In this document: piece after piece, positions 1 to 9,974 of the stretch
Numbering within the stretch: the stretch's first letter is position 1
Layout of the letters: each line of letters begins with the position of its first letter
Assembly (NCBI GenBank): GCA_036679065.1
Contig: JAZIGN010000003.1
Coordinates: 352,001-416,000 of the forward strand
Direction: 5' to 3'
From: Coprothermobacterota bacterium
Lineage (GTDB): Bacteria > Coprothermobacterota > Coprothermobacteria > Coprothermobacterales > Coprothermobacteraceae
DNA: 64,000 nt
Program-made: the position numbers and the translations under genes
The notes under the pieces: generated by a model
Told to the model about the DNA's origin: nothing
Database searches by the model: none
What the model saw: the letters and a program-made list of their open reading frames with translations, nothing else

Positions 1-1618
1 TAGCTGAACTGTTTAAGGTTAGTATACGAATAGGGTTAGTGCTTCCGTTTTCCCATGAAACAAAATGGTAACCAGCATTGGGTATTGCTGTTAACTGCAC
101 TTGCTGTCCTTGTCTAAAAGGTTCAGAAGGAACAGTTTTTACAGTGCCACCCTGAGAAGGAGTAACAAAGATAGCTAAACTAACAGTAGGTGTTGGCTCT
201 GGCTCTGGCGTAGGCTTTGGTTGTGGTGTTGGTAATGGTAGTGGTGTTGGTGAAGGTTCAAGCACAGGATAAGTTCCAGCAGTGTTTAAGCGTATGCGTA
301 TTGGTTTAGAATTGCCTATGTTCAGCGTATCTTCCCACGGTGCATTTTCTGAACGGCGTATAAACACTGTATCTGGTTGAAGCTGAAGATTGAAGAAAAG
401 TTCAGGTTTACTAGTTGTTGGAAGAACATACCTACTATCTGGAGATGTAATCTTTATCTGCACATTCCAATAACCAGGGGTAAGTGGAATCATGCCAGTA
501 GGTATGCTGTAGTATCCTATTTCTGTTGCTGTTCCAGAAGTAGAAAAGATGGGCTCGCCTGCTTCTGTAATCTTCCCAGGTGCTACATATACAGTGTATT
601 GGCTGTTAAAAGTAGCAGTCCAAAACTCAACACTCTTTAAGTAAATCGGGGTAGTAACAGTCCACTGCATGCCCATCCAAGCAGTATTGCTACCAAATGA
701 TTCTGAGCCAAGTGCTGTTCCGTTATCGCCTGCTAAAACAATGTCGTTAGGATCAAATACTGTTGCTGTTACATAAGCAAAATTCTTTTCAATACCCGCT
801 TTTCCATACTTTATGTAGCCATAGCCGTTTCGTCCCCAAGAAGTTCCATAATTGTTTCTAACTATCCATGCTCCAAGGCTATCATCCCATCCAGTTAGCA
901 GTGCTTCGTGGTTGATAAAGACAACAGAAGCTGTTGCAATAACAGTTGCATTATGACTCACATCTGTATAATCCTCACGTGCAGTATAATAACCAACTTC
1001 CATAGGTCCGTGTTCTAATAATGCCTGTTTTACCTTAATAATTTCTTCTTCTGTTTGATCACTTACAGCTACTACTTTAAAGCTGTCTGCACGGTATTTT
1101 ACAGGACATGAAGGAAGCGTGCAACTTGAACCTACACAGCACATAGCAGCTGTAGCTGAAAGATATGGTAAACAGTCTTCTGAAGCTTGTCCAACTCTAA
1201 TTAGCGCTTCTGCTGCAGCCCATTTTGTATTGCCTTCTTCTCTTAATGCACAAGGCGATGTAGAAGTTATCATAGCAGGTGCAAGTTTACCAGTTGCTCT
1301 TACAAGCCATGCTTCTGATAAGTCTACTTTTTCATAATACTGTAAAGCAATTGCTGATTCAAATGCTCCTGTTAACCCGAAAGCCCAGCAAGTGCCGTAA
1401 GGTGATTGATCTCTGCCCTCTGGAACAATGCCGTAGTCAGCCCAATTAAAACGTGCAGGTAGCTGTTCAAACTTAAGAGGCAACTGCGGAACAGTAGCTG
1501 TTTCTACAGTGTTTGCTAAAACTTGTGGATTGGTAGCAGGTAGCGACACAGGTGTTACTAACAGCATCAGTGCTATTAATACAGCACTGCTTAGTTTACG
1601 TAAACCTTTTAATTCCAT
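1..1618 (-). CDS. Secreted papain-family (C1A) cysteine protease with Pro-rich linker and a C-terminal InlB-B-repeat-like domain; 3' end lies outside the window
   Basis: Not in the ORF track; translated by hand at both ends and at the motifs. ATG at 1618 after RBS AAAGGGG. Signal peptide MELKGLRKLSSAVLIALMLLV, catalytic motifs RDQSPYGTCWAF, NHEALLTGWDD and WIVRNNYGTSWGRNGY, a PSPTPLPLPTPQPKPTPEPEP linker, then LTAIPNAGYHFVSWENGSTNPIR. The frame at position 1 matches the start frame. Confidence 0.9.
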   Translation of the reverse strand, partial: MELKGLRKLSSAVLIALMLLVTPVSLPATNPQVLANTVETATVPQLPLKFEQLPARFNWADYGIVPEGRDQSPYGTCWAFGLTGAFESAIALQYYEKVDLSEAWLVRATGKLAPAMITSTSPCALREEGNTKWAAAEALIRVGQASEDCLPYLSATAAMCCVGSSCTLPSCPVKYRADSFKVVAVSDQTEEEIIKVKQALLEHGPMEVGYYTAREDYTDVSHNATVIATASVVFINHEALLTGWDDSLGAWIVRNNYGTSWGRNGYGYIKYGKAGIEKNFAYVTATVFDPNDIVLAGDNGTALGSESFGSNTAWMGMQWTVTTPIYLKSVEFWTATFNSQYTVYVAPGKITEAGEPIFSTSGTATEIGYYSIPTGMIPLTPGYWNVQIKITSPDSRYVLPTTSKPELFFNLQLQPDTVFIRRSENAPWEDTLNIGNSKPIRIRLNTAGTYPVLEPSPTPLPLPTPQPKPTPEPEPTPTVSLAIFVTPSQGGTVKTVPSEPFRQGQQVQLTAIPNAGYHFVSWENGSTNPIRILTLNSSA

Positions 1619-1641
1619 TCTTTTGCACCCCTTTCCTTACC

Positions 1642-1881
1642 TTATATGAGTTTCCCAACTTTACATACTATTTTACTGCATTCTCTTAAATAAACCTCAT
1701 AAGCAGCAGTATAAACCTGCTGTGCTAAATCGCTTTGCACAGTGCTAACAACTTCACTGTAAAAAGTTTCTAATTCTTCTTGCGTAACAGGTTTTTCTGC
1801 CCTATCACGGATAACTTCTTTTAAGGCGGTGTTCCTGCTTTCATCGTCCCAGTGTGAAACAATGTCTTTCCATAATGCCAT
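1642..1881 (-). CDS. Small hypothetical protein (79 aa), possibly the 3' remnant of a longer gene
   Basis: Protein-like helical composition, 24 bp upstream of the protease and co-oriented. Its 5' end abuts the LacI remnant on the other strand and no clear RBS is visible. Confidence 0.4.
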   Translation of the reverse strand: MALWKDIVSHWDDESRNTALKEVIRDRAEKPVTQEELETFYSEVVSTVQSDLAQQVYTAAYEVYLRECSKIVCKVGKLI

Positions 1882-2257
1882 TTGTTTTTCTGGATCCCCA
1901 CTTTTATGATGAGAAACTCCCTGGCGTGTATACCGACGGTTATGAAGGCATGTACGAAATTACACGCTATGTTCTTGAAATGGGTCACAGGAAAATTGCT
2001 TACATAGGTGGACCACATGAGAGCCCTAATTCCATGTGCAGATATGCAGGTTTTGAGCAGGTTTTGAGAAGGCTTTGAAAGATTTTGGATTAGTCTTAAA
2101 TAAAGAGCTTATGGTAGAAGGGAACTACAAGATTTCTGGAGGTAGTGAAGGCGTATTAGAGCTTCTTAAAAGGGGAAGGGACTTTACTGCAGTAGTTTGT
2201 GCTAACGACCTCATGGCAGTTGGTACCACGGAGGTACTTGAAGGGGCAGCCAGATAG
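1875..2257 (+). pseudogene. LacI/RbsR-family repressor fragment (effector domain only, frameshifted near 2075)
   Basis: PFVFLD...GHRKIAYIGGP...RYAGF continues in another frame as GNY...[14 protein letters not shown]. No HTH and no C-terminus. Confidence 0.8.
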
Positions 2258-2375
2258 AATAGGATCTCTGGGTGTTGAATATGCTGACAAAGTGCTCAAA
2301 GGTGAAGAGGTACCCACTTACGTACCTGTCGACTTAAAGCTGATCACAAAGGATAACGTGGATACATTGGACTGA
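2247..2375 (+). pseudogene. C-terminal 42 codons of an RbsB-like sugar-binding protein
   Basis: Manual translation [42 protein letters not shown] resembles the C-terminus of ribose-binding proteins. A terminator follows. Confidence 0.75.
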
Positions 2376-2400
2376 AGAACAACATTGCTGGTGAAAGTAT

Positions 2401-2435
2401 GGCGGCCCCTTTGGTAAGTAGGGGCCGCCTCTTTT
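2401..2435 (+). terminator. Intrinsic terminator
   Basis: GGCGGCCCCT-N9-AGGGGCCGCC stem followed by TCTTTT, between convergent genes. Confidence 0.8.
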
Positions 2436-2487
2436 ATAGATATTGTAGGGTAGGTACGATGTTCCTTAATGTAGAACAGAACTTAGC

Positions 2488-4239
2488 TTACAAACTTTGG
2501 AATCCTCTCTCCACAATTGCTGCTATGCGTTTTCTACGTTCCTTTAGGAAATCTATGTAGTCTGTTTCGTACCAGCCTTTCCAAAGAGCATGCAAATCGT
2601 ACATTCTCTCTAGTTCCTCATCAGTTAAGACACTCTCGTACTTGGGCGCATACTCTTTTGGTGGAAGGTCAGAAATTTTGTCATTGTCGCCCCATTCTAC
2701 CAGAGCATAGTTTGCAACCTGGTTAATCAGCCTTCGGTCTCTTATGCCTGTTCTTTCTAAGTATTTACGCGGAAATAGATGGTGGCGCTCTATGGCTTTC
2801 CTCTTGGCGTTGATACCGGGCTTGAGTAGGTCAGCGACTTTCAGCTTTGAATAAAGTACAGGTGCGTCGAGTAAACAAAGAGCTGCATAGTAGGCGAATT
2901 GGCCAGTGTTTTGGGCTGCTGAAGTTTCTAACTCGTTTGGTAATGTGAATCTCCAGTAGTCTGATGTTAGTACAGCGTTGATTTGCTGTTCCAGAACGTC
3001 CACAAATTCTTGTGGTGTAGTCTTTCCCCTGAGCAGCGCTAAGTCTTGTTCCATTCGGCTTTCTGCTGAACTGCTGTATCTACCAGTCAAGGAAGACATA
3101 AAGAACCACTTTGCTATGATTCTTCTAAGGGCATTGTCGTCAATTCTAAAATCGCGTTTTCCTATGAGCCACAAGGCATAACTGTAAACTACAGCCATTT
3201 CGGAGGAGATGAGTTGATCACTCTGATAACCGGCGTACAAGAGAACTTTGAAAAAATCATGCCAGTTTTGAAGGTTTAGTGTGTATGATTGAGCTTCTTT
3301 AAGTACGGCGAATTGGGCGTCGCGACGCTCAGGAGAAAACTCTCCGGTCTGTAAGTCTTTTCCTCGTAATATGGAGTATACGTATTCAAGTCTGGCTCTA
3401 CGAAAGCCCAGCGCCACGCTTACGCGAAGCAATTGATCTGGACTTGGGCGGAAATAGTAGTTGAACGGTGATGCTTCTCTACCGGAGGGAGGAGACTTCG
3501 CGCGTCTGCAAAAATCTTCTAACTCTTTTCTACCGTCGTCCCAGAAAACTGACATCAATGTCAATATAAAATCAGCTTGATTCAATGCTGTCCCTTTACT
3601 ATTAATGCGAACGAATATTTCCGATACATCTTCTTCGTTTACACTGGAAGAAATTTCTAATGCAGTCAACGGGTACTCGCTTAATTTGATTACGTTGTTT
3701 ATAGCATCCGGGATAGTTTTCTCTTGTTGGTCGGTTAACTCATATTGCGAACGTAGGCGCTGAAGATACTCAGTTATGAATGCATAGGAATTTGTTTTTG
3801 GATCCCACAGTACGCTAATATCAGGTATCCACTGTATGTCTCTTTCAATTGCAGGGTTAGTTACTTCAAACTTTTCTTCTATGGGGTTAAAGGCTATGCG
3901 TATACGCGTTGTGCGAAAATCCTTATCGATAATAGGTACTGCTTTCATTACGGCGTAAAGTGAAGTCAAACGCTGTTGACCGTCGACGATGAGTAGTTCA
4001 GGACTCACCTGCTTTTGATCCATTCCAATAACTCTATGGTCTCCGCTAAAACCATTTTTCCAGAAAAGCAAATAACCAATGGGATAGCCTTTGTACATTG
4101 AATCAAGAAGATCTCGGACCTTGATAGTGGGCCAAACGAAGGGACGCTGTATGTTTGGCAAACCGATTTGCCCTACCTCTATGTCCTGCACCAGCTTTTT
4201 CACGGGGAAACTCACCTGATTGAAAAGCACTTCAGACAT
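2488..4239 (-). CDS. GmrSD-like DUF262 (+DUF1524/HNH-like) restriction endonuclease
   Basis: DUF262 motifs QRPFVW, DGQQRLT and FVRINSKGT. C-terminal ERHHLFP...NQVAN. RBS GGAGG. Confidence 0.85.
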   Translation of the reverse strand: MSEVLFNQVSFPVKKLVQDIEVGQIGLPNIQRPFVWPTIKVRDLLDSMYKGYPIGYLLFWKNGFSGDHRVIGMDQKQVSPELLIVDGQQRLTSLYAVMKAVPIIDKDFRTTRIRIAFNPIEEKFEVTNPAIERDIQWIPDISVLWDPKTNSYAFITEYLQRLRSQYELTDQQEKTIPDAINNVIKLSEYPLTALEISSSVNEEDVSEIFVRINSKGTALNQADFILTLMSVFWDDGRKELEDFCRRAKSPPSGREASPFNYYFRPSPDQLLRVSVALGFRRARLEYVYSILRGKDLQTGEFSPERRDAQFAVLKEAQSYTLNLQNWHDFFKVLLYAGYQSDQLISSEMAVVYSYALWLIGKRDFRIDDNALRRIIAKWFFMSSLTGRYSSSAESRMEQDLALLRGKTTPQEFVDVLEQQINAVLTSDYWRFTLPNELETSAAQNTGQFAYYAALCLLDAPVLYSKLKVADLLKPGINAKRKAIERHHLFPRKYLERTGIRDRRLINQVANYALVEWGDNDKISDLPPKEYAPKYESVLTDEELERMYDLHALWKGWYETDYIDFLKERRKRIAAIVERGFQSL

Positions 4240-4396
4240 TTACTTATCCTCCCTGTAACATGCCATATGCGAGAACCAATGTTGTTTCCCTAATATGGAT
4301 CTCATCGCATTTATACTTTCATTATCGCACTTACAAACCCCATTAGTGAAAAACTGTGTTTGTTGAGTATCAACTTCATGCGTACTCGTCAATCGT

Positions 4397-5938
4397 TTAT
4401 ATGTCAGCCTCAAAAGTGATGCTTATGGGCTCTTGTTCAGTTGAGAGCTCTTGTTCTGTTATTGGTTCTTCTACGTTAGGTTTTCTGTTGTAAATGAAGC
4501 CAAGTATTTGTAGTGCAATGATGGGAGTCATCGCTACCATGGCAACAATGCCAAATCCATCAACCAGGAGACTGGCGTGCTCCACAGCATCAGCTACGCC
4601 ATGTGCGAATGCCAAAATGAATGTTGCTGTCATTGGACCTGACACTACCGCGCCAGAGTCAAATGCAATACCGTAGAAAAGTTCAGGAACAAAGTAGGTC
4701 ATAGCGAGGGAAATGATGTATCCAGGAAGCAAGTAGTGCCACAACTGCACCTGCGGGATTAGAATCCGCACCATGGACAAAGACACGGCAGCTCCCACGC
4801 CCAAAGATAAGGTAAACAATACAACGCTTCTCTTTAGGTTGCCGTTGGTTACTTGCTCGACCTCATCCACTAAAACATAAGCAGCAGGTTCGGCAAGCAC
4901 GGTAACCACGCCAATAATGAAACCAATAAGGATGAGCAGGCCTTTGTTGTCTAGCAAGGCGATGTTGTAACCCACGGCGTTTCCAACTTCCATGAAACCT
5001 GCATTGGCTCCTAACAGAAACATAACTAAGCCGATAAAGGTTAACGATATGCCAGATAAGATGTTTTTCACAGAAGCCTTTGGTAGTTTGAATGCTACTA
5101 CTTGGAAGACCAGAAACACAACCAATATTGGAAGTATTGCTATTAGGGCTTCTCGTGCTATGGAAGGCAGCACTGCAATAAAGGGACCTAATACCGAGGA
5201 AGATTCAACAGCAGCAATTGGAAGGGCACCTGTGATTCTATCAGCTTTAGACAGAATGCTCATTAGCATAATGGCAATAGTTGGTCCTGCAAAAGTTATA
5301 GCGACCAGACCGAAGCGCTCTTTATCAGCACCTTCTCGGTCCTTTTTTAGGCTGGATACTCCTGCCGCCAAAGCTAGTATAAAAGGAACCGTAGTAGCTC
5401 CAGTGGCAGCCCCCGAAGCATCGAAGGCAATGGCAAGAAACTCTGGTGGAACTAACAAACCGAGAGCGAATATGATGCCATAGAGTATTAAAAGTATTCT
5501 TTGAAGGGGAACATCACGGATTATTCTAACTAGGCCCAAAGCAAGCATGGCTCCTATACCCAGCGAAACAATTAATACGATGCTACTCTTTGCGATTGAT
5601 CCTGCTGTGATGCTGTGTACTTGCCCAGCCAAAATTTGTAGATCGGGTTCCGCAATACATATGAAGAAACCCAGTAGCAAGCCACTTATAATAACGGCCC
5701 AGATCTTATTTGATTTAGAAACTGTGGACCCAGTTATGCTACCAATAGGTGTGATACTACTGTCGACACCCATAAGGAAAAACGTCAAACCCAAGATTAT
5801 CAGTGCTGCACCTATAAGAAATCTAAAGAGCAATGACGTTTCCATGGGAATTACCGTGAAATGCAGAATTAATACTAGCACTGTTACAGGTATTACAGAA
5901 AAGCTGACTTCTTTGAGTTTTGCTAAAAACTTGCTCAA
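4397..5938 (-). CDS. DUF1538 membrane protein (two fused repeats), putative transporter
   Basis: Multi-TM protein with duplicated motifs AEPDL/AEPAA and IAFDASGAATG/IAFDSGAVVSG. Confidence 0.8.
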   Translation of the reverse strand: MSKFLAKLKEVSFSVIPVTVLVLILHFTVIPMETSLLFRFLIGAALIILGLTFFLMGVDSSITPIGSITGSTVSKSNKIWAVIISGLLLGFFICIAEPDLQILAGQVHSITAGSIAKSSIVLIVSLGIGAMLALGLVRIIRDVPLQRILLILYGIIFALGLLVPPEFLAIAFDASGAATGATTVPFILALAAGVSSLKKDREGADKERFGLVAITFAGPTIAIMLMSILSKADRITGALPIAAVESSSVLGPFIAVLPSIAREALIAILPILVVFLVFQVVAFKLPKASVKNILSGISLTFIGLVMFLLGANAGFMEVGNAVGYNIALLDNKGLLILIGFIIGVVTVLAEPAAYVLVDEVEQVTNGNLKRSVVLFTLSLGVGAAVSLSMVRILIPQVQLWHYLLPGYIISLAMTYFVPELFYGIAFDSGAVVSGPMTATFILAFAHGVADAVEHASLLVDGFGIVAMVAMTPIIALQILGFIYNRKPNVEEPITEQELSTEQEPISITFEADI

Positions 5939-6500
5939 TTTAGCTACCTCCTCTCTTTCGTCCTAAACAATGTGGCAATAAGGTAGAGTAAGGCCTTTAA
6001 CTTGGTTGCCACTTCGGCCTTTTTGGGAATTGTTCCCAGTGGATGTTACTCTCTTGCTACCAAGACGTCACTTGTATATGTGTTGGATCCCAATAAGGAA
6101 CTAATTTCACACAGTCCTTGTTACTTTCACGAGCTACAGCTAAGTCCTATTTACCAGTTTCCTTATTTCTTATAATATTTTACCAGTATTAGGAACGTTT
6201 CATTCCCCGCTCAGGGCTCATCATGGGTAGCAACATCTTTGTAGCTGCTGTGCATATCTTCTGTGAGTTTTCAACTTACTTGTGTAGTGTGAGCATGAGT
6301 CATTTGATTCATATAGTACCTTATTGTATCCATGTAAACTCTAATGAAATAAAGAACTGCTGCAGAAGGACAATGAACTTAAAACTACTTGGGACCGTAA
6401 TAGTCCAAGGTGAATGCTTTGTGGTAATACATCTAGCATCAAGTAGACATGTTTAGCATGTGCTTTGAGACAATTAGATAGACATGGCTTACCAAATATA

Positions 6501-6558
6501 TTGACAAAGTTCTTCTACAGGTGTAGAATGATATCACAGGTGTTCGTCAACTGTAGAA
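6501..6558 (+). promoter_or_regulatory. sigma70 promoter overlapped by a BlaI/CopY-type operator, plus a second imperfect operator
   Basis: TTGACA(6501)-17 bp-TAGAAT(6524). Perfect inverted repeat TTCTACA-GG-TGTAGAA at 6513-6528 contains TACA-NN-TGTA. Second copy TTCGTCAACTGTAGAA at 6543-6558. Confidence 0.85.
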
Positions 6559-6570
6559 GGAGGGGAAAAA

Positions 6571-6957
6571 GTGAAGAAGTCCATAAGGCGTCTCCCGGAT
6601 TCTGAACTGGAGATCATGAAGATCATTTGGGATGCAAAAGAGCCTGTGACATCTGCTTACATAAACGAGAAGCTGAAGGGCAAAAAGGATTGGAAGATTA
6701 CATCTATACTTACGTTTCTTGCGAGGTTAACAGAGAAGGGGTTTATTGAGTGCAAGAGAGAAGGAAAGGTAAACATTTACAGACCGCTGATCAGTGAGCA
6801 GGAATACTTAGAGAAAGAAAGTAAGAGCATCTTGGAAAAGTTGTACAACAACTCTCTAACAAATTTTGTGGCATCGCTTTATAACAGCAACGCCATAGCA
6901 GAGGATGAGTTAAAGGAGCTCCAGGAGTTTATAGAAAAGCTTACAAGGGGGGAATGA
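6571..6957 (+). CDS. BlaI/MecI/CopY-family repressor
   Basis: SELEIMKIIW...WKITSILTFLARLTEKGFI...YRPLIS winged-helix pattern; overlaps the M56 gene. Confidence 0.92.
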   Translation: MKKSIRRLPDSELEIMKIIWDAKEPVTSAYINEKLKGKKDWKITSILTFLARLTEKGFIECKREGKVNIYRPLISEQEYLEKESKSILEKLYNNSLTNFVASLYNSNAIAEDELKELQEFIEKLTRGE

Positions 6958-9404
6958 GTATACTTGAGACCTTATTTCAGAAAGTACTTCAGGTCTCTAT
7001 GAGCACATCAATAGTTATAGGCGTGCTACTACTATTACTGCCATTGATAAACCGTAGCTACAGTGCTAAGTGGCGCTATTTAGTATGGCTCATTATAGCT
7101 GTCAGACTGCTTATACCATTTAGTCCCAGCATAGCTGGTGAAGCGCCTGTAACCATACCATCGGTAAGTCAGAATGTGCAGATTCCTATTCCACTACCAG
7201 CTAATACAAACTTGAGTGAGCAAACAAACATTATACCGACGCAACCCACTCCTGTGGTAACGCCAAACAGTTCAGCGGTGCGCACAATCACGCTGGCAGA
7301 CCTACTGCCTGTGATCTGGCTGATTGGAGCAATATTGTTCATGACTTACTACTTTGCAGGTTACATAGTGTTTAGAAAGTCGGCAATGCGTTTTTCAGAA
7401 ATTGTAGAGGACGAGCAAACGTTAGCTACTTTTAGCCAAATGAAACAAGAGATGGGCATAAGAGGGAACATAGAACTAATCAGGAGTAAGAAGGTACAGA
7501 GTCCCATGATAACAGGATTTGTTAAGCCTATTTTTCTACTACCGTATGTTGAGTACAGTGAAGCGGACTTAGAACTGATCATGAAGCATGAGCTCATCCA
7601 CTACAAGCACAAAGATATATGGAACAAATTGGTTATGGTAGTAGCAAATGCAGTGCATTGGTTCAACCCGCTAGTGTATGTAATGCGGTACAGAAGCAAC
7701 GCGGACATTGAGATGGCATGTGACAGTGAGCTAGTAGAGGGGACGGGCACAGAGTTTAGAAAGCAGTACAGTGAGACGATACTGTCGGCTATACATAAGG
7801 GAAGGGAAAGAGAGACAGTATTCTCCACTTATTTTTACGGGGGAGTGAAAACCATGAAAGAGAGGCTGGGAAACATATTTGATGGAGGGGGAAAAAGAGG
7901 AGGCATTGTAGCTTTATGCCTTGTAGTAGTTGCAGTTATCGTCATTGGTGCGTTGGTTGCCTGTGGAGGTAGCACAGCAGCAGAACTTACCGCGGAAGAA
8001 AAAGCTCAGATTACAGAACTCCTTGACAACTTTGGTCGTGAGTTGACGAATGTAACAATAATAGACCCAGAGAATGTCGTAGCTGAGCAGATAAAAGAGC
8101 ATTACACGCCTTATCTGACATCTAACCTACTATCAAAATGGGTTCTTGATCCTTCTCTGGCAATGGGAAGGACGACATCAAGCCCTTGGCCTGACCGAAT
8201 AGAAGTAGACTCTATGGAGAAAGTTGATAACGACAAGATAGAGGTTCAAGGCTATGTGGTCTGGGTTGCCAGTGGTGGGCAAAATGGGGTTGAAGTTACA
8301 GCTACAGTTCCTGCTGTGTTCTTTGTAAAGAAAGATTCTTCAACAGGTAAATTTCTCATTGACAACGCCTTCAGTAACAAATATGCGTTCTATGACACAG
8401 AGGAGCTGACTAAGATGCTTCAAAGCGTTTTACCAGAAGCTGGATCACAAAGTGAGCCTTTTATTGTAGCTACGTGGCCTGTGATTGATGGTAGCGAAAA
8501 GGAAATTGCGCTTGCTTACATGGGTACGGGTGGTGCTTATGTGGACTATTACACCTTATGTATAGGTCAGGATGATAAACTGGCGTTGGCAAACTTTAAA
8601 GATGAAGACGGAGCTGTCGGACCCCATGTGTTTTCCGAAGGTGCATCTGTTAAGCATGAGGTAAGACTTAGCGTGTACAACGCATCTCCGCTTAATTTCT
8701 ACGTTTATCAATATCAGGTTGACAGAGATGATAGCGGTGCTATCAGCAACATAGACGTGGAAGCCTATCGATGGAATATGGATGCTGAAGTTTTCGAGTT
8801 TGATGCTGATGCTTCTCAGCAGTTTAAAGAGGAACTAGAAAACAGTTTGGATGTAGATAAGGTAATACTTGCTCAGCTGTCCAATGCGTTGCGAGAAGCG
8901 CTTGTAGCAAATTATTCCCCATATTACAAGGACATAGGTATCGATTTAACACTTGACCCAAGAGCTGATTCTTTCACAGTGAAGGATGGCGTTGCCAGTG
9001 CTATTTTAGACGCCAATATTACTGCGACATTGAAAGCAGAAAAACTTGAAGACATGCCTTTTGTAAAAGGTATGCTGGATTATCTCGAGAGTGTAAGATC
9101 TACTCTTACAGATGCTCAGTTAGATGCTGCAAATGATGTCATCGACGACTGGAAGTCGGAACTTAGTGGTTATATTGGCAAGCCAGAGCCTACTTCTTAT
9201 GCAACTTATAAGGTTGTAGCGAGGGTTGACGATAGCGGGAATATAGATAAAGGTACTGTGAAGTTCTATATTGAACAGCCTTCCACAACCGGAAGTGGTT
9301 TTGAGTTTTATCCAGTTCCCGACCCAATGTTTGATTCTGAGGAGACCTTATATCGAAATGGACAAAATGCTGTTAAAGAGGCCATAGAGAAAGCAGGGAA
9401 GTAG
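6954..9404 (+). CDS. M56 (BlaR1/MecR1-like) membrane metallopeptidase with a large non-PBP extracellular region
   Basis: RYLVWLIIAVRLLIP, SPMITG, HELIH zinc motif, HWFNPLV, EMACD and MKERL, then a TM segment and about 480 aa of acidic extracellular sequence. Confidence 0.9.
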   Translation: MSILETLFQKVLQVSMSTSIVIGVLLLLLPLINRSYSAKWRYLVWLIIAVRLLIPFSPSIAGEAPVTIPSVSQNVQIPIPLPANTNLSEQTNIIPTQPTPVVTPNSSAVRTITLADLLPVIWLIGAILFMTYYFAGYIVFRKSAMRFSEIVEDEQTLATFSQMKQEMGIRGNIELIRSKKVQSPMITGFVKPIFLLPYVEYSEADLELIMKHELIHYKHKDIWNKLVMVVANAVHWFNPLVYVMRYRSNADIEMACDSELVEGTGTEFRKQYSETILSAIHKGRERETVFSTYFYGGVKTMKERLGNIFDGGGKRGGIVALCLVVVAVIVIGALVACGGSTAAELTAEEKAQITELLDNFGRELTNVTIIDPENVVAEQIKEHYTPYLTSNLLSKWVLDPSLAMGRTTSSPWPDRIEVDSMEKVDNDKIEVQGYVVWVASGGQNGVEVTATVPAVFFVKKDSSTGKFLIDNAFSNKYAFYDTEELTKMLQSVLPEAGSQSEPFIVATWPVIDGSEKEIALAYMGTGGAYVDYYTLCIGQDDKLALANFKDEDGAVGPHVFSEGASVKHEVRLSVYNASPLNFYVYQYQVDRDDSGAISNIDVEAYRWNMDAEVFEFDADASQQFKEELENSLDVDKVILAQLSNALREALVANYSPYYKDIGIDLTLDPRADSFTVKDGVASAILDANITATLKAEKLEDMPFVKGMLDYLESVRSTLTDAQLDAANDVIDDWKSELSGYIGKPEPTSYATYKVVARVDDSGNIDKGTVKFYIEQPSTTGSGFEFYPVPDPMFDSEETLYRNGQNAVKEAIEKAGK

Positions 9405-9431
9405 CTGAAATGATAGCGCGGGGTAAACAAC

Positions 9432-9845
9432 ATGAGGGGAAAATACATAGGTGTTCTATTGACCATTGCAGTGGGGGCGATTTCTCTTGTGTGATGTGCA
9501 AGTTCGATTGGTAGCGAACCGAACAAGAATTTGATTGCGCTCTTTGCCTTGACGCCTAGGATGGGGTCTGTCGTGACAGCGAAGGGCGACAAATGGGATG
9601 CAAAAAGTACCAGAGCAGGCAATGCCTAAATTTAGCGAAGAGATATTAAAGTTTGCATCCAATTCTTTGCCTTTCTGTACTTGGAAGGTTACATTTTTGC
9701 CATCGATAAAGTTGGAGCAGCTGCTTCAGTAATTCAACTTACCTACGACGATGGCAACGTAGAAATACTAAATGAAGATTGGAAGGTACTTTCTAAAGCA
9801 TCACTTGGACAAGGCGCATCGCTAATGTTTCCCAAAACAGAATGA
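9432..9845 (+). pseudogene. Degraded lipoprotein gene
   Basis: MRGKYIGVLLTIAVGAISLV*CASS: a signal peptide with TGA (9492) immediately before a lipobox-like Cys. Protein-like fragments continue to TGA at 9845. Confidence 0.5.
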
Positions 9846-9974
9846 GTAATAGACGTTTTGAAACTTTTTCGTCCTTTCAGCGTCTTTTCTATGAGGGCGA
9901 TAAAACGGTGAGTTTCTAAGCAGGGAGGCAACCCTCAAATAATAGAAGTCGATTAGAAAGGTGGAGGGGTATTT

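Noticed and set aside
4494..5966. Antisense ORFs inside the DUF1538 gene, and the many similar shadow ORFs across the window
   Set aside because: They fully overlap well-supported genes and lack motifs and RBSs.
5960..6180. Possible riboswitch in the long leader of the DUF1538 gene
   Set aside because: Short hairpins are present but no consensus I can recognise; a covariance-model search would be needed.
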